DNA of 64,000 nucleotides from Malacoraja senta (Eukaryota). The stretch lies in assembly GCA_038087875.1 (NCBI GenBank), contig JAXLNO010000627.1:62001-126000 (forward strand), read 5' to 3'. The position numbers and the translations under genes were made by a program. The notes below the pieces were generated by a model, which saw only the letters and a program-made list of their open reading frames with translations, ran no database searches and had not been told where the DNA came from. Position 1 is the stretch's first letter. Each line of letters begins with the position of its first letter. This document shows positions 34,230 through 48,640 of this stretch, piece by piece.

Positions 34230-35310
34230 GAAAAGCTGGAAATCTCCAGGGCCTGACAATGTTTCCCCCTCTACTCAAGCTCTGTGCCAAACAGCTGGCA
34301 TGTCTATGCAGACATGTTTAACCAGTCCCTGCAAACATGTACTGTCCCTGCCTGCGTCAAGTCTCCACTATTGTCCCTGTACCCAAAAAGGCAAGGATTA
34401 CTTGTCTTAATGACTACTCTGTAGTAATGACTACTCTGTAGTCTCGCACCTCCACAGACACCTCTGTCAAGCTTCTCAAGTTTGCGGACGACACAACCCT
34501 GATTGGACTGATCAAGGATGGGGAGGAATCTGCCTACAGACAGGAAGTGTCAGCTGGCATCCTGTAGACTTTAGGAAAGCTCCTCCTCCCCTCACCCCAC
34601 TCACCATCAACAACACCACAGTCACTTCTGTGGAGTCTTTTAAGTTCCTGGGAACCATCATTTCCAAGGACCTTAAGCGGGGGCTACCATCGACTCCACA
34701 GTCAAAAAGGCACAACAGAGGATGTACATCCTACGGCAGCTGAGGAAGAACAATCTGCCACAGGCAATGATGGACCAATTCTACACGGCCATCGTAGAGT
34801 CTGTTCTCACCTTCTCCATCATGGTCTTGTTTGGCTCAGCCGCCAAGCACGACACCCGGAGGATGCAGCGAATCATCCGATCAGCAGAGAAGGTTATTGG
34901 CTGCAACCTTCCCTCCATTGATGAACTGTACACTGCAAGGGCCAGGAAACGAACGGGCAAGATCATCTCTGACCCCTATCACCCTGGCCACAAACTCTTT
35001 GAAACACTTCCCTCTGGAAGGCGACTCCGGACTGTCAAAGCTACCACAGCCAGACATAAAACGAGTTTTTATCCACGAGTAGTTGCTCTATTCAACAGCC
35101 GAAAATCTGTAGCCTCCCTTTGATCTGGTATTTTGTTGGTTCACATGCTTGATCAATGCTGTTTTATCATTAATGTTTTATTATTATTAATGTTTAGTGT
35201 TATCTGAGTCATTCATAACTGTCACTGTATGTCATGTTGTTACTTGTGGGCGGAGCACCAAGGCAAATTCCTTGTATGTGAATAGTTGGCCAATAAACTT
35301 ACTTACTTGT
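34230..35310 (+). mobile_element. Rex1/Babar LINE 3' portion, internally deleted
   Basis: LLKFADDTTLIGLI; ORF 34722-35123 FYTAIVESVLTFSI...HPGHKLFETLPSGRRLR; (ACTT)n tail. Confidence 0.85.
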
Positions 35311-36175
35311 ACAGGTGTCAGGGGTTATGGGGTGAAGGCAGGAGATGGGGTTAGGAGGCAGAGATAGATCAGCCATGATTGAATGGCGGAGTAGAATGGC
35401 CTAATTCTGCTCCTATTACTTGTGATATTATGACCTTATGATACAGTATCAAGAACTGCACACCCTGGTCTGATGAAATCTTCACTGCAATCGCTACAAA
35501 TGTGGCCGAGAAGTTACACATGTTGTTTTGGTATATAGGTTGCTGCAGTAATGGGAAAATTGAGATGGAATTTAAGCCAAGCAAGTGTGAGGTAATGCAC
35601 TTTGGGAGGTTGAATGTAAGGGGAGAGTATACAGTTGATGGCAAGACCTTTAATGGCATGCATGTGCAGAGAGACCTTAGAGTCCATGTTCATAGCTCTC
35701 TGAAGGTGGCAGCACAAGTAGATTGGGTGATATAGAAGGCGTAATGTTTGCTTGCCTTCACTGGAAGTCATGATGAAGTCTTTGGTTCAGCCACATTTAG
35801 AGTACTGTGTACAGTTCTGGTCACCCCATTACAGGAAGGACGTGAAAGCTTTGGAGAGGGTGCTCAGGATGGAGCGGGTGCAGACGAGATTTACCAGAAT
35901 GTTGCCTTGGCAAGAGTTTCAGCAACAGGGAGTTCCTGCGCTGTACTGTTTTGTGGTCTATGTGTAGTGTCAAGTAAAAATGTCGATGGCCATAGGGAAC
36001 TTGTTTTGTTGTTGTAGACCTCGTTGTGTGTGGGACTGAGGCTGAGCTTGAGGTGAGTGAGGGCTGGTGATCAGAGGGCTGATCTAAGCTTGAAATCTGT
36101 CAGCTGCACACTTACCAGAGATTGGCACTATGTTGGCGTGTGCATGGGTGGAGGTGTCTGCGTTGGCCCAGGCGG

Positions 36176-36830
36176 TTCACAAGTTCACAAGTTATAGGAG
36201 TAGAATTTAGCCATTCGGCCCATCGAGTCTACTCCGCCATTCAATCATGGCTGATTTCTGCCTCCTAATCCCATCTTCATGCCTTCTCACCATAACCCTT
36301 GAAACCCGTTCTAATCAAGAAATTGTCCATCTCTGCCTTAAAAATATCCACTGATGTGGCCTCCACAGCCCTCTGTGGCAATGAGTTCCCCAGATTAACT
36401 ACCCTCCGACTAAAGAAGTTCCTCCTCACCTCCTTTCTAAAAGATTGCCCTTTAATTCTGAGGCTATGACTGGTCCTAGACTCTCCCACCAGTGGAAACA
36501 TCCTTTCCACATCCACTCTATCTATGCCTTTCATTATTCTGTAAATTTCAATGAGGTGCCCCCTCAAACTTCTAAACTCCAGTGAGTACAGGCCCAGTGC
36601 TGTCAAATGCTCATGATATGCTAACCCACTCATTCCTGGAATCATTCTTGTAAACCTCTTCTGGACCCTCTCCAGAGCCAGCACATCCTTCCTCAGATAT
36701 GGGGCCCAAATTTGCTCACAGTACTCCAAATGTAGCCTGGCCAGCGCCTTATAGAGCCTCAGCATTACATCTTTGTTTCTGTATTCCAGTCCTCTTGATA
36801 TTAATGCTAGTATTGAATTTGCCTTCAATT
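36176..36830 (-). mobile_element. CR1 3' end
   Basis: ORF 36277-36828 LARLHLEYCEQIWAP...; GTTCACAA tail. Confidence 0.9.
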
Positions 36831-38006
36831 GTTTGGTCGGGAGCTGGAAGGTGAGTCCGTTGGGAATCAGGGATCAGTGTAGGGTCAATGCTCCAGATTT
36901 GCCTTGGGCCATCAGAATTTGCTGAGCTGGGCTAAATGAGGGATGATCAGTGGGTGGGAGGTTGACCTTGATTTTGGGTAGAAGTCAAGAGAATGCAGTA
37001 GAGCATCGGGCTTCACTGGAATAGGATCCCAGCCTGGAGTAACATATTGGGAACACACTTGACATGAGACTGCCCAGCAATTGTCATTGCTCAGAAAATA
37101 TTCTGAGAAGATTCCAAGAAGATTATTGGAAGAAGAATGATGAAATTTGGCAGACTTCTGTTATTACATCCGATGTACAATCCGGCATCATGAGCAGCAG
37201 TGGTGTTTGCCATTTCACGAGTGGTGAAGCTTGACGTAGAAACAATTGCTATCATGTTCCACTCTGGAACAATATGTTTTCAGAGGTGATCTACTGAGGT
37301 AAGGCAGACATATGCATCACAATCTTCATGCAGAAACAAAGGTGTTCACTTTCCATGCAACTACTTTAGTACAAGTAGATATTACGTGCAAAAACACAGG
37401 TTATAGATTTCTTTATTTCTTAAATTAGCCCAAAAGCTGTTGTGAATTATATGTCCAGGCTTCATAGTTTTAGAAAAGATAAAATACATAAAACATAGCA
37501 TGCCAGTTACTGCATATCAGCTTTGACATTATTTGGCAGAATATGTCTCAAATTTCCCAATATTCATGCACAATGGAAACTAAATAATGAAGCTTAGAGC
37601 ACGTCAATACTTTCTCCTGGAACTAATGACTAATTGATCAGCATCTTTAATATTACTTCCTTCAATAAAATATTTTTAAAAACCCTTGGCTATGTTTAAT
37701 AAAGATTACTGTTACCTGTTAAACACTAAATCGAAGTCATTGCTAGATGGTTTAAAGGGTTCTCCTACAAGGACAGGAATGGCTAGTTATGATTCATTTT
37801 AACATCTGATGCCCTCAGAACTGGATTATTTTATGTTAGTGACATAACATAATATTTAATGACCAACTTATGAATAATGAACGTGTCATAATTAATTGTT
37901 GCTGCAACTAGTTCTAATGTTCAATCTGTCTTTGTTTTGCCACTACTATTTGATGGAGCAGTATTCAGATATTTGAGGTGCAGCTGCATTCTACTTTACA
38001 GACAAA

Positions 38007-38155
38007 TGGGCCTGTCCCACTTAGGTGATTTTTTAGGCGACTACAGGCGACTAGGCTGTCGCCACATGGTCGCCAGTGGTCGCCGAGGTGTCGCCTGCAT
38101 GGTCGTGAGTAGCCTCCTCAGTCGCCCAAAGAGCCATAGTGTCTTTCTGGTCACC
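38007..38155 (+). mobile_element. Truncated Harbinger-like MITE end
   Basis: GGGCCTGTCCCACTTAGG terminus and internal GGCGAC/GTCGCC repeats; the second end was not found. Confidence 0.45.
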
Positions 38156-39364
38156 TTTCATAGTTTCATAGTTCTGTTGCCGGTATATATGACAACTAAA
38201 CATTCTTGACTCTTGACTCACCAAAACATTTCCCGCAGTTTCAAACTCAGAGCAAAAATGTCCATCTTCTGCCACCTTCATGACAGAGGTTGCTCGGACA
38301 GCAATAGGCAGCAAGGATAGTGAAGGAAGTCACCTACTGAAGCTGGAAAATATTGCTTTGTTTACATTTTTTACCACATCTCCACTGGTTTTTCGTATGT
38401 AGTGCTATGATTGGGTATGACCAAAGCCCAACAGCAACAGCGATTGGCATCTTTATTACGCAAACAATGATTTATCTCACACCTCAAGTTCAGGGGAAAA
38501 CATGGTGAAAGTAATAAGTTTTAAGGAGACTGTTAAAGAAACATTATAAACAAGAACGGTTGAGGGAGAGAATTCCATAATTGGTGCTCTTGAAAACACA
38601 ACCATTAACAATGGTGCAATGTAATCAGTGTTGCTGAAGGGAACAAGCCTGTTATTTGGGAGATACTGTAAACGTGAGGACAGAATCTAGAAACAATTAA
38701 AAGAGGAGGGCTGAGGTCATGGAGGGATTTGTAAATACAATGTGTTCTGTTCTGGATTTCAGATTAGAAATGTAGAAATGATATGGTGATGTAATGAAAC
38801 AAAGCAGCACACTGTATACATCACTGGTCTTTTCAATAGACAATAGGGGCAGGAGTAGGAGGCCATTTGGCCCTTCGAGCCAGCACCGCCATTCAATGTG
38901 ATCATGGCTGATCATCCCCAATCAGTACACCGTTCCTGCCTTCTCCCCACATCCCCTGACTCCGCTATTTTTAAGAGGATATTTTCGGAATATCCTTAAA
39001 GTATTGTGGACAGTGGAGATGGTGGATCATGTTGGATGGATCTCTGACCTGATTGTCAAAGTCATTTGGCAAAATGCCTCATCATTGCAACATTTAAGTA
39101 AACAAAAATACATTGCTCGGCTGATATTGGGAAGGATACTCTCTCTGATGAGTCCTTAATGGACAATATGAGAAGCAACAACACTCTAGGCTGCTGACAA
39201 GACAGCTATGCTGGTGATGAGACCTTACTCATCTCCTTGCCAGGAAAGTGGGGAGAGTAATGTGGAGATCCTGTAGGCTGCTGGACTTTGAGTGGCAGGA
39301 GCTGTCCACAACTAGATGGCTGAATGTACAGTACAAGATGCTGTGCTGGAGAACACGTTGATGC

Positions 39365-40650
39365 TTGCACTGACTATGTGGAACATCCTTGGCACTGACT
39401 GTATGTGGAACGGCCTTGCACTGACTTTATGGGGAACATCCTTGGCACTGAGTGCATGGGGAACAGGCTTGCACTGACTGCATGGGGAACAGGCTTGCAC
39501 TGACTGCATGTGGAACGGCCTTGGCACTGACTGTATGTGGAACGGCCTTGGCACTGACTGTATGGGGAACAGGCTTGCACTTACTGTATGGGGAACAGTG
39601 CACTGACTGCATGGGGAACGGCCTTGGCACTGGCTGCATGGGGAACAGCGCACTGACTGCATGGGGAACGGCCTTCCACTGGCTGCATGGGGAACAGTGC
39701 ACTGGCTGCATGGGGAACAGCGCACTGACTGCATGGGGAACAGCCTTGGCACTGGCTGCACGGGGAACAGTGCACTGACTGTATGTGGAACGGCCTTGGC
39801 ACTGGCTGCATGGGGAACAGTGCACTGACTGTATGCGGAACGGCCTTGGCACTGGCTGCATGGGGAACAGTGCACTGGCTGCATGGGGAACAGTGCACTG
39901 ACTGCATGGGGACAGCCTTGCACTGGCTGCATGGGGAACAGTGCACTGGCTGCATGGGGAACAGCCTTGGCACTGGCTGCATGGGGACAGCGCACTGACT
40001 GCATGGGGAACAGCCTTGCACTGGCTGCATGGGGCTGTATGGGGAACAGTGCACTGGCTGCATGGGGAACAGCCTTACACTGGCTGCATGGGGAACAGTG
40101 CACTGGCTGCTTGGGGTACAGTGCACTGGCTGCATGGGGAACAGTGCACTGGCTGCATGGGTAACAGCCTTGCACTGGCTGCATGGGGAACAGTGCACTG
40201 ACTGCTTGGGGTACAGTGCACTGGCTGCATGGGGAACAGTGCACTGGCTGCTTGGGGTACAGTGCACTGGCTGCATGGGGAACAGCCTTGCACTGGCTGC
40301 AGGGGGAACAGTCTTACACTGGCTGCATGGGGAACAGTGCACTGGCTGCATGGGGAACAGTGCGCTGGCTGCTTGGGGTACAGTGCACTGGCTGCATGGG
40401 GAACAGTGCACTGGCTGCATGGGGAACAGTGCACTGGCTGCTTGGGGTACAGTGCACTGGCTGCATGGGGAACAGACTTGCACTGGCTGCATGGGGAACA
40501 GCCTTACACTGGCTGCATGGAGAACAGTGCACTGGCTGCATAGGGAACAGCCTTACACTGGCTGCGTGGGGAACAGTGCACTGGCTGCTTGGGGTACAGT
40601 GCACTGGCTGCACGTGGAACAGTGCACTGGCTGCATGGGGAACAGCCTTA
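39365..40650. repeat. 23-27-bp GC-rich minisatellite (about 50 units) with CAGTGCACTG palindrome
   Basis: Units TGCACTG(G/A)CTGCATGGGGAACAG, with or without CCT(T). Confidence 0.95.
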
Positions 40651-42149
40651 GTTTAGTACCAACACTGGGACTAGAACCCACATGGAAATATTTTGCTCTG
40701 TTTGGTCAGGGGAATAAGGTAAAGAAAAATTGATGCCATGTTGATATAATGTGAACCCTGTATTTAAATGGCATACTATTGAGATGTAAATTGCTCTATT
40801 ATATATTGCAAATTCTTATGAATAAACTATATATTTTGTCATTTATTATTATATGTATGACTGCAGGCAACGAAATTTCGTTCAGACCGAAAGGTCTGAA
40901 TGACAAATAAAGGAATCTCTAATCTCTAATCTCTATATATCTGAAAAATATGATTGCCGTATCAATGATGACCCATGTTTGTTTCAAATGCAAAACCGAC
41001 AGTTAATTCCTTTAAGAGTGTTTCCCAGTTGCAAACATCACAAATGAATCTTAGTGCAGGTTCATTAGTGGCAGGCTGCTGTATGGTCTCTGACACGGCT
41101 CTCTATTTCCCTTCCAATTCTCATTATCCGTACATTCACGCAACATCTTGCGTGCTTTTTTTGGTTTTTTTCTGTCAGTACCCATGATTTGTATCTTCTT
41201 GAGAGACATGGTTTGTGTCTTGTTGGTTAGCTTTGTAACCCCTACATTCTCTGCACTCCCCCAGGCTTTCAGCTCTTGGTATCTGCCCTAAACCATGGTT
41301 TTACTTTGACCCCACCCCCGATACTTTTCTTGAGACGTGCATGGATCTTGGATTAGAGCCTCCACTTCATTAATGTGAAGATGTTTATTTCAAGCCTTCA
41401 GTCTGTTCCCCACAATTGCCCCCTCCCCCCATCCCCTCTCTGTATTGCCTGCATGCAGCTGCTTCAAATTGATGGTGATATCCTTTTTCCGTGGGGTGGA
41501 AATGTCAAGGTCTAGAAGGCATAAGTGAGAAGGGGAAAGTATAAAGATGGGTGGAGCAGTTTTATGTACAGGTGGATGCCTGGAATGCGCTGGCAGGGGT
41601 GGTGGTGGTGACAGATATGATGGTGGCATTTAAGAGGCTCTCAGACAGCGATGTGGATATGCAGGGAATGGAGAGATATGGATCAGAGGAGATTAGTCTA
41701 GCGTGGCATGTTTATCAGGGATATTGTGAGGAAAGAGCGTGTTCCTGTGCTGTAGTGCTCTGTTTATGCTTTTTCATGAGTGCATTTCAAGAATATTGCT
41801 GCAACTATCCCCTTCACTCTGGTTTCATCCCAGTTGGTGGCAAGGCCATTGAAATTCCCAAACATCAGCGCCTGGACATTTTTACACAATCCAGAAATTT
41901 GCCAGCACATTTGTTCTTCATTCTTTCACTGATGTTGTGCAACCTGCAGTACACTCATGGCATGTGATTGGCCATTTTGTTTCTCAATTCAACTACTGTA
42001 GCCTCACTTGTCAATTTTATGGTACATTAGCCCTCCTCACATTATACCTTTAGTAAATTTGGCTGTAGCCCCTCCGATTATACTTGTATGTCCTGTGAAA
42101 CCTGTATCTGTCAATGTTCAGTGGCTTCCCCTTTCAACACTGAAGCATG

Positions 42150-42690
42150 CGATACGGTGGAACTTTATCAATCCCAGGAGGGAAATTGGTCTGCCAACAG
42201 TCATAAAACAAAACAAGATACATGAAATTAAAGTGACAAGTCCAGGATTGAGCATGTGCAAAGTTTGGGGAGGTGGTGGGGGAAGCGGAGTCAGTCTACC
42301 CTCGCCAGAAGGGGGTGGAGTTGTACAGTTTGATAGCCACAGGGAAAAAGGATCTCCTGTGCCTTTCTGTGCTGCAACTTGGTTGAACCAGTCTATTGCT
42401 GAAGGAGCTCCTCAGGTGACCAGTGTGTCATGGAGGGGATGAGCTGTATTGTCCAAGATGCTCCACAGGTTGAGGAGCATCCTCCCCTCCAAGACCACCT
42501 CCAATGAATCCAACTCCACTCCCAGGACAGAGCCAGACTTCCTGATGAGCTTGTTGATTCTGTCCAGGTAAACTCCAATATACTTGTACTCCTTGGTAAA
42601 CTGCACATCCAGGGGACAGGGATGTTCCTCTCCTCCTAAAGTCCACCACTAACTCCTTAGTCTTGTCGGTTTTGAGCTGTTCCGCCACCA
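42150..42690 (-). mobile_element. Rex1-like LINE 3' fragment, deleted
   Basis: KTKELVVDFRR, EYKYIGVYLD and ILDNTAHPLHDTL in short minus-strand ORFs. Confidence 0.75.
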
Positions 42691-43311
42691 CCCCCCCCCC
42701 CCCCCCCCGTTACCAACTTTCATCTTCCAGTTGCCAGACCTCTTTTCCAGCTTTCCAATCAGTCTGTAGGTCCTCATCCAAAACATCGTCTGCTCATTCG
42801 CTCCACAGATGCTGCCTGACCCACTGAGTTTTTCAAGTATGTTGCTTTTTTGATCAAAATTCCAGCATCTGCAGTTTTTTGCGTCTCCACCTTCTTTATC
42901 ACCCTGTCTACCTGTATCACCACTTTATTGGAACCATGTACCTGTATCCCTGTCTCTCTGTGTAAGTCCTGCGCTGGTTTGTCTTACCAAAATACATCTC
43001 ACATTTATCTGCATTAAACTCTACCTGCCTTTCCTTAGCTCATTGGAGCAGTTGATGAAGTCCCAGCCTACTCAACCTCTCCCTATAGCTGACCCTCTAT
43101 TCCTGGCAAAATCCTCATCAATCTCTGCACACTTTCCAGCTTGACAACATCTTTCTTATAACATGTTTTCTGATATCATGTGTGAAAGAGAAAAAGTTGT
43201 CAGCTGAAGGGAAATATTGAGGAAGGATTGAGACTGATGGGGTTCTGACACTAGCAGCTGGCATGATCCAGATGGGCCCATTGGTCTCCTCTGGTCTCTT
43301 TATAAATATAA

Positions 43312-43465
43312 CTAGACCAAGTGGGACCCGTCCCCTCAATGGGTGGGGGCGACTTGCGGCGACTTGCGGCATCACACACACACACACACTAACCACCCCC
43401 CCACACACACACTATCCCCCCCCATTGAAATTATATTAATATTATAATTCATATTAATTCATGTT
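43312..43465 (-). mobile_element. Helitron-like 3' end (same family as 33658-34189)
   Basis: The minus strand ends ...GGGTCCCACTTGGTCTAG|T; the body is the reverse complement of part of 33830-33930. Confidence 0.55.
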
Positions 43466-44244
43466 TAATTAAGAGAGAGACAGAAGGAACTGCAGATGCT
43501 GGTTTACAAAAAAAGACACAAGGTGTTGCAACTCAGTGGGTCAGACAGCATCTCTGGAAGATGTGGTTAGTGACATTTTGGATCAAGAGCCTTCTTCAGA
43601 TTAATTTAGATTTAAATTCCACAGATGCCTTTGACGGATTTGAACACTTCTCTCTGGTTCCCTGCACTATCAAGCACATAGTTTAATGATCAGGAAAATT
43701 GACCTGTGGAGTAAATCTGACAATTCCATTTTGGAAAATGAACAATGTTGAAATGATGTAGCAAATTAGTGGCTTTGGCACAAAGTGACCATTGGGCACT
43801 TGGAATCATCAGTGTCAAAGGTGGATGGTGCTGCAAGGATTGTAGTATAAGAGATCAGTTTCCCATCTGCTTGCTTCCATTCACATTCTGGAAACTGCTC
43901 TATGGTTCTCTTCAAACTGATTTTCCATTGTTTGTTTTATAATGACACAAATCCAAATTGAAGTCTGCAGACTGTTCATCTAAATATATTAAACCTGGGA
44001 GCTTTGTCTAACAGCAGTCAGGTTGTGGGACCTTTACAAATGTAGTGTTGATGTCAAATGTATTATAATGGAGCAGTTCAATAAATTAACTCCCCTTCCC
44101 ATTCCAAAACTGACCGTTTTGTCCCGGGCCTGCTCCACTGTCAGTGTGAGGCCAAACGCAAATTGGAGGAACAGCACCTTTTATTTTTATTAGGCAGCTT
44201 ACAAGCCAGGATTTGAACGTTGATTTCTTTAATTTCAAGTAACA

Positions 44245-45356
44245 CTTTATTTCGCTCCTTTTCCCCCATCCCCCGCCCTATCCACTCACGCACAGCAGGC
44301 GCGCATACAGAAGGAGGGGGTAGAGAGGGTGAGGGGGTAGAGAGGGAGGGTAGATGGAGAGGGAGAGGGGCAGAGAGGGAGGGGGAGGGGGTAGAGAGGG
44401 AGAGGGTGACGGGGTCGAGAGGGAGAGGGTGAGGGGTAGAGAGGGTGGGGTAGAGTGGGAGGTGAGTGGGGTAGAAAGGGAGGGGGTAGAGAGGGTGAGG
44501 GGGTTAGAGAGGGAGGGTAGAGATAGGGGGAGGGTGGTAGAGAGGGAGAGGGGCAAAGAGGGAGGGGGTTAGAAAGTGGGGGGTAGAGTCAGGGGAGGGT
44601 GGGTAGAGAGGGTATAGAGGGAGGGGGCGTGAGAGGGAGTGTAGACATTTGAATAACTTTCCTTAGCCCCTCTTCTCTGTCAATCCCCCCCACTCTCCCT
44701 CCTCAACTGCCCAGGATTTATTTCCTCTCCTCCACTCCCCCAATCCCTTGAACTCTTCGAGCGGAGCTGGGCTTAATGGGTCCGAGCCGAGTGGGGTCGA
44801 GCGGAGCAGAGCATGTGGGGTCGAACGGGTCCCAGCGGGTTGGAGTGCTGGAGTTCCCCTCGTAGGGTGGTAGAGAGGCAGGGGGAGGGAGTAGTGAGAG
44901 GGAGGTGAGGGGATGGAGAGGGAGGGGGAGGGGGGTAGAGATGGAGAGGGGCAGAGATGGAGGGGGCTAGAGTGAGGGAGAGTCGGGGGAGGGAGGGTAG
45001 AGATGGAGAGGGCGAAGGATCCCAGCGGGGCTGAGCAGGTTGGAGTGCCCCTTGCGCATGGAGCATGCGTGTGGATTGTGAGGTCAGTCCGAATTTTTTT
45101 CTTCAAAATGGGTGAGCTTGAAGAACTTTAATTTTTTTAAACTGTTTTTAAACATTAGTAACTGGGGAAAAAGAGGTTGAAATGCAATGGGAAGATTTTT
45201 ATCGCGTCCGCGGGAAAAATGTCAGTAGCATGTGTGAAAATGGGAAGGCTGTGACCTAGTGTTTGGAAGATAGGAATTAAGGAGATTGACAGAAAGCTGA
45301 CACAACCCTGGCCCACACAGACACAAAAACAAAGGGAAGAGTTTTAGTATTATAGA
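44245..45356 (-). mobile_element. Helitron-like element 5' portion with GA-rich interior
   Basis: The minus strand begins TCTATAATACTAAAACTC at 45356, resembling the other Helitron-like 5' ends. The 3' boundary is uncertain. Confidence 0.45.
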
Positions 45357-48300
45357 CAATAGGTGCAGTAGAAGGCCATTCGGCCCTTCGAGCCAGCACC
45401 GCCATTCAATGTGATCATGGCTGATCATCCCCAATCAGTACCCCGTTCCTGCCTTCTCCCCATATCCCCTGACTCCGCTATTTTTAAGAGCCCTATCTAG
45501 CTCTCTCTTGAAAGCATCCAGAGAACCTGCCTCCACCGCCCTCTGAGGCAGAATATTCCACAGACTCACCACTCTCTGTGAGAAAAAGTGTTTCCTCGTC
45601 TCCGTTCTAAATGGCTTACTCCTTATTCTTAAACTGTGGCCCCTGGTTCTGGACTCCCCCAACACTGGGAACATGGTTCCTGCCTCTAGCGTGTCCAAAC
45701 CCTTAACAATCTTATATGTTTCACTTAGATCCCCTCTCGTCCTTGTAAACTGCAGAGTGTATAAGCCCAGCTGCTCCATTCTCTCAGCATATGACAGTCC
45801 CGCCATCCCGGGAATTAACAATGTAAAACTACTCTGCACTCCCTCAATAGCATCAATGTCCTTCCTCAAATTAGGGGACCAAAACTGCACACAATACTCC
45901 AGGTGTGGTCTCACTAGGGCTCTGTACAACTGCAGAAGGGCCTCTTTACTCCTATATTCGATTCCTCTTGTTATAAAGGCCAACTTGGCTTTCTTCACTG
46001 CCTGCTGTACCTGCATGCTTACTTTCATAGACTGATGTACAAGGACCCCCCAGATCCCATTGTACTTCCCCTTTTCCCAACTTGACGCCATTTAGATAGT
46101 AATCTGCCTTCCTGTTTTTGCTACCAAAGTGGATAACCTCACATTTATCCGCATTAAACTTCATCTGCCATGCATCTGCCCACTCCCGCAACCAGTCCAA
46201 GTCACCCTGCATTCTCATAGCATCCTCCACACAGTTCACACTGCCACCCAGCTTTGTGTCATCTGCAAATTTGCTAATGTTACTTTGAATCCCTTCATCC
46301 AAATCATTGATGTACTGTATATTGTAAATAGCTGCGGTCCCAGCACCGAGCCTTGCGGTACCCCACTAGTCACTGCCTGCCATTCTGAAAGGGACCTGTT
46401 AATCCCTACTCTTTGTTTCCTGTCTGCCAACCTCTTCTCTATCCATGTCAGCACTCTACCCCCAATACCATGTGCCCTAATTTTGCCCACTAATCTCCTA
46501 TGTGGGACCTTATCAAATGCTTTCTGAAAGTCCAGGTACACTACATCCACTGGCTCTCCCTTGTCCATTTTCCTAGTTACATCTTCAAAAAATTCCAGAA
46601 GATTAGGCAAGCATGATTTTCCCTTCGTAAATCCATGCTGACTCGGACAGATCCTGTTACAGCTATCCAAATGTTTGGCTATCTCATCTTTTATAATTGA
46701 CTCCAGCATCTTCTCCACCACCGATGTCAGGCTAACTGGTCTATAATTCCCTGTTTTCACTCTCCCGCCTTTCTTAAAAAGTGGGATAACATTAGCTACC
46801 CTCCAATCCACAGGAACTGATGCTGAGTCTATAGAACATCGGAAAATTATCAGCAATACAACCACAATTTCTAGAGCCACTTCCTTAACTACCCTGGGAT
46901 GCAGACCACAGGGCCTGGGGATTTATTAGCCTTCAGTCCTATCAGTCTATCCAACACCATTTCCTGCCTAATGTGGATTTCCTTCAGTTCCTCCGTCATC
47001 CCAGATCCTCTGGCCACTACTATATCAGGAAGATTGTTTGTGTCCTCCTTAGTGAAGACAAATCCAAAGTACCTGCTCAACTCATCTGCCATTTCCTTGT
47101 TCCCCATAATAAATTCACCTTTTTAGGTCTTTAAGGGTCCAACTAACTTAACTAATTTTTTCCTCTTCACATACCTAAAGAAGCTTTTACTATGTTGCTT
47201 TATATTCTTGGCTAGCTAACCTTCGTACTTCATCTTTTCTCACCGTATTGTCTTTTTGGTTATCTTCTGTTGTTCTTTAAACAATACCCAATCCTCTTGC
47301 TTCCCGTTCATCTTTGCTACGTTGTACTTCTTTGCTTTAATTTTTATACTGTCCCTGACGTCCCTTGTCAGCCATGGTCATCCTTTTCTCCCCTTGGAAT
47401 CTTTCTTCCTCCTCGGAATGAACTGATCCTGCACCTTCTGTATTATTTCTAGAAATACCTGCCATTTTTGTTCCACTGTCATCCCTGCTAGTGTATCTTT
47501 CCAGTCAACTTTGGCCAGCTCCTCCCTCATGGCCCCATAGTCCCCTTTATTCAACTGCAACACTGACACCTCCGATCTACCCTTCTCCCTCTCCAATTGT
47601 AGATTAAACCTGACCATGTTATGGTCACTGCCTCCTAATGGCTCATTCACCTCTACGTCCTTTATCAAATCTGGTTCATTACATAACACTAAATCCAGAA
47701 TTGCCTTCTCTCTGGTAGGCTCCAATACAAGCTGTTCTAAGAATCCATCACGAAGGCACTCTACAAAGTCCCTTTCTTCGGGTCCAGTACCAACCTGATT
47801 TTCCCAGTCTACCTGCATGTTGAAAACTCCCAAAACAACCACAGCATTAGTTTTGCTACATGCCAATTTTAACTCCTGATTCAACTTGCGCCCTATGTCG
47901 AGGCTACTGTTTGGGGGCCTGTAGATTAGTCCCATTAGGGTATTTTTACCCTTACAATTCCTTAGTTCTATCCATACTGACTCCACATCTCCTGTTTCAA
48001 TGTCAACTCTTCTAAGGGACTAAATTTCATTCCTCACCAACAGGGCAACCCCACCCCCTCTGCCTACCTGTCTGTCTTTTTGATAGGAGGTATACCCTTG
48101 AATATTCAGTTCCCAGCCCTGGCCCTCTTGCAGCCATATCTCAGTAATTCCCACATCATACTTGCCAGTTTCTAACAGAGCCTCAAGCTCGTCCACTTTA
48201 TTCCTTATAATTCATGCATTCATATACAACACTTTGACCTCCGTATTCACTTCCCCCCTCTCACCGCTCGCAATTGGCCCTGACTTTACTCTGTTGTCCA

Positions 48301-48640
48301 TTCTCGAGCTTTCCCTCCTATTTAATTCGAGAATATTTTGTCGGTCCCCCTCCAGTTAAGGTGTAACCCGTCCCTTTTGTACAGGTCACCCCTACCCCAG
48401 AAGAGATCCCAGTGGTCTATAAATCTAAATCCTTGCTCCCTGCTCCAGCCCCTCAGCCACACATTCAGATCCCCTATCTGCCTGTTCCTGTCCTCACTAG
48501 CACGAGGTACTGGAAGCAATCCAGAGATAACCACCCTAGAAGTCCAGCATTTCAGTCTTCTTCCCAACTCTCTGAAGTTATGTTGGAGAAACTCCTTCCT
48601 CTTCGTCCTGATGTCGTTTGTGCCTATGTGCACAACTATA
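45352..48640 (-). mobile_element. Near full-length CR1: ORF1 SGNH-esterase remnant plus ORF2 (APE-RT), frameshifted
   Basis: ORF 48322-48633 HIGTNDI...DGLHLN; 47378-47986 YRPPNS, SDH; 46236-46880 YLDFQKAFDKV; 45952-46302 FADD; 45435-46091. Confidence 0.95.

Noticed and set aside
37020..39320. Isolated splice-like signals (donor at 37299 +; possible minus-strand exon 38221-38342)
   Set aside because: Stops in most frames, inconsistent strands and no recognisable product.
39312..40733. Cys-rich ORFs (CSPCSQC) resembling metallothionein or keratin-associated proteins
   Set aside because: Minisatellite translations in multiple frames and on both strands.
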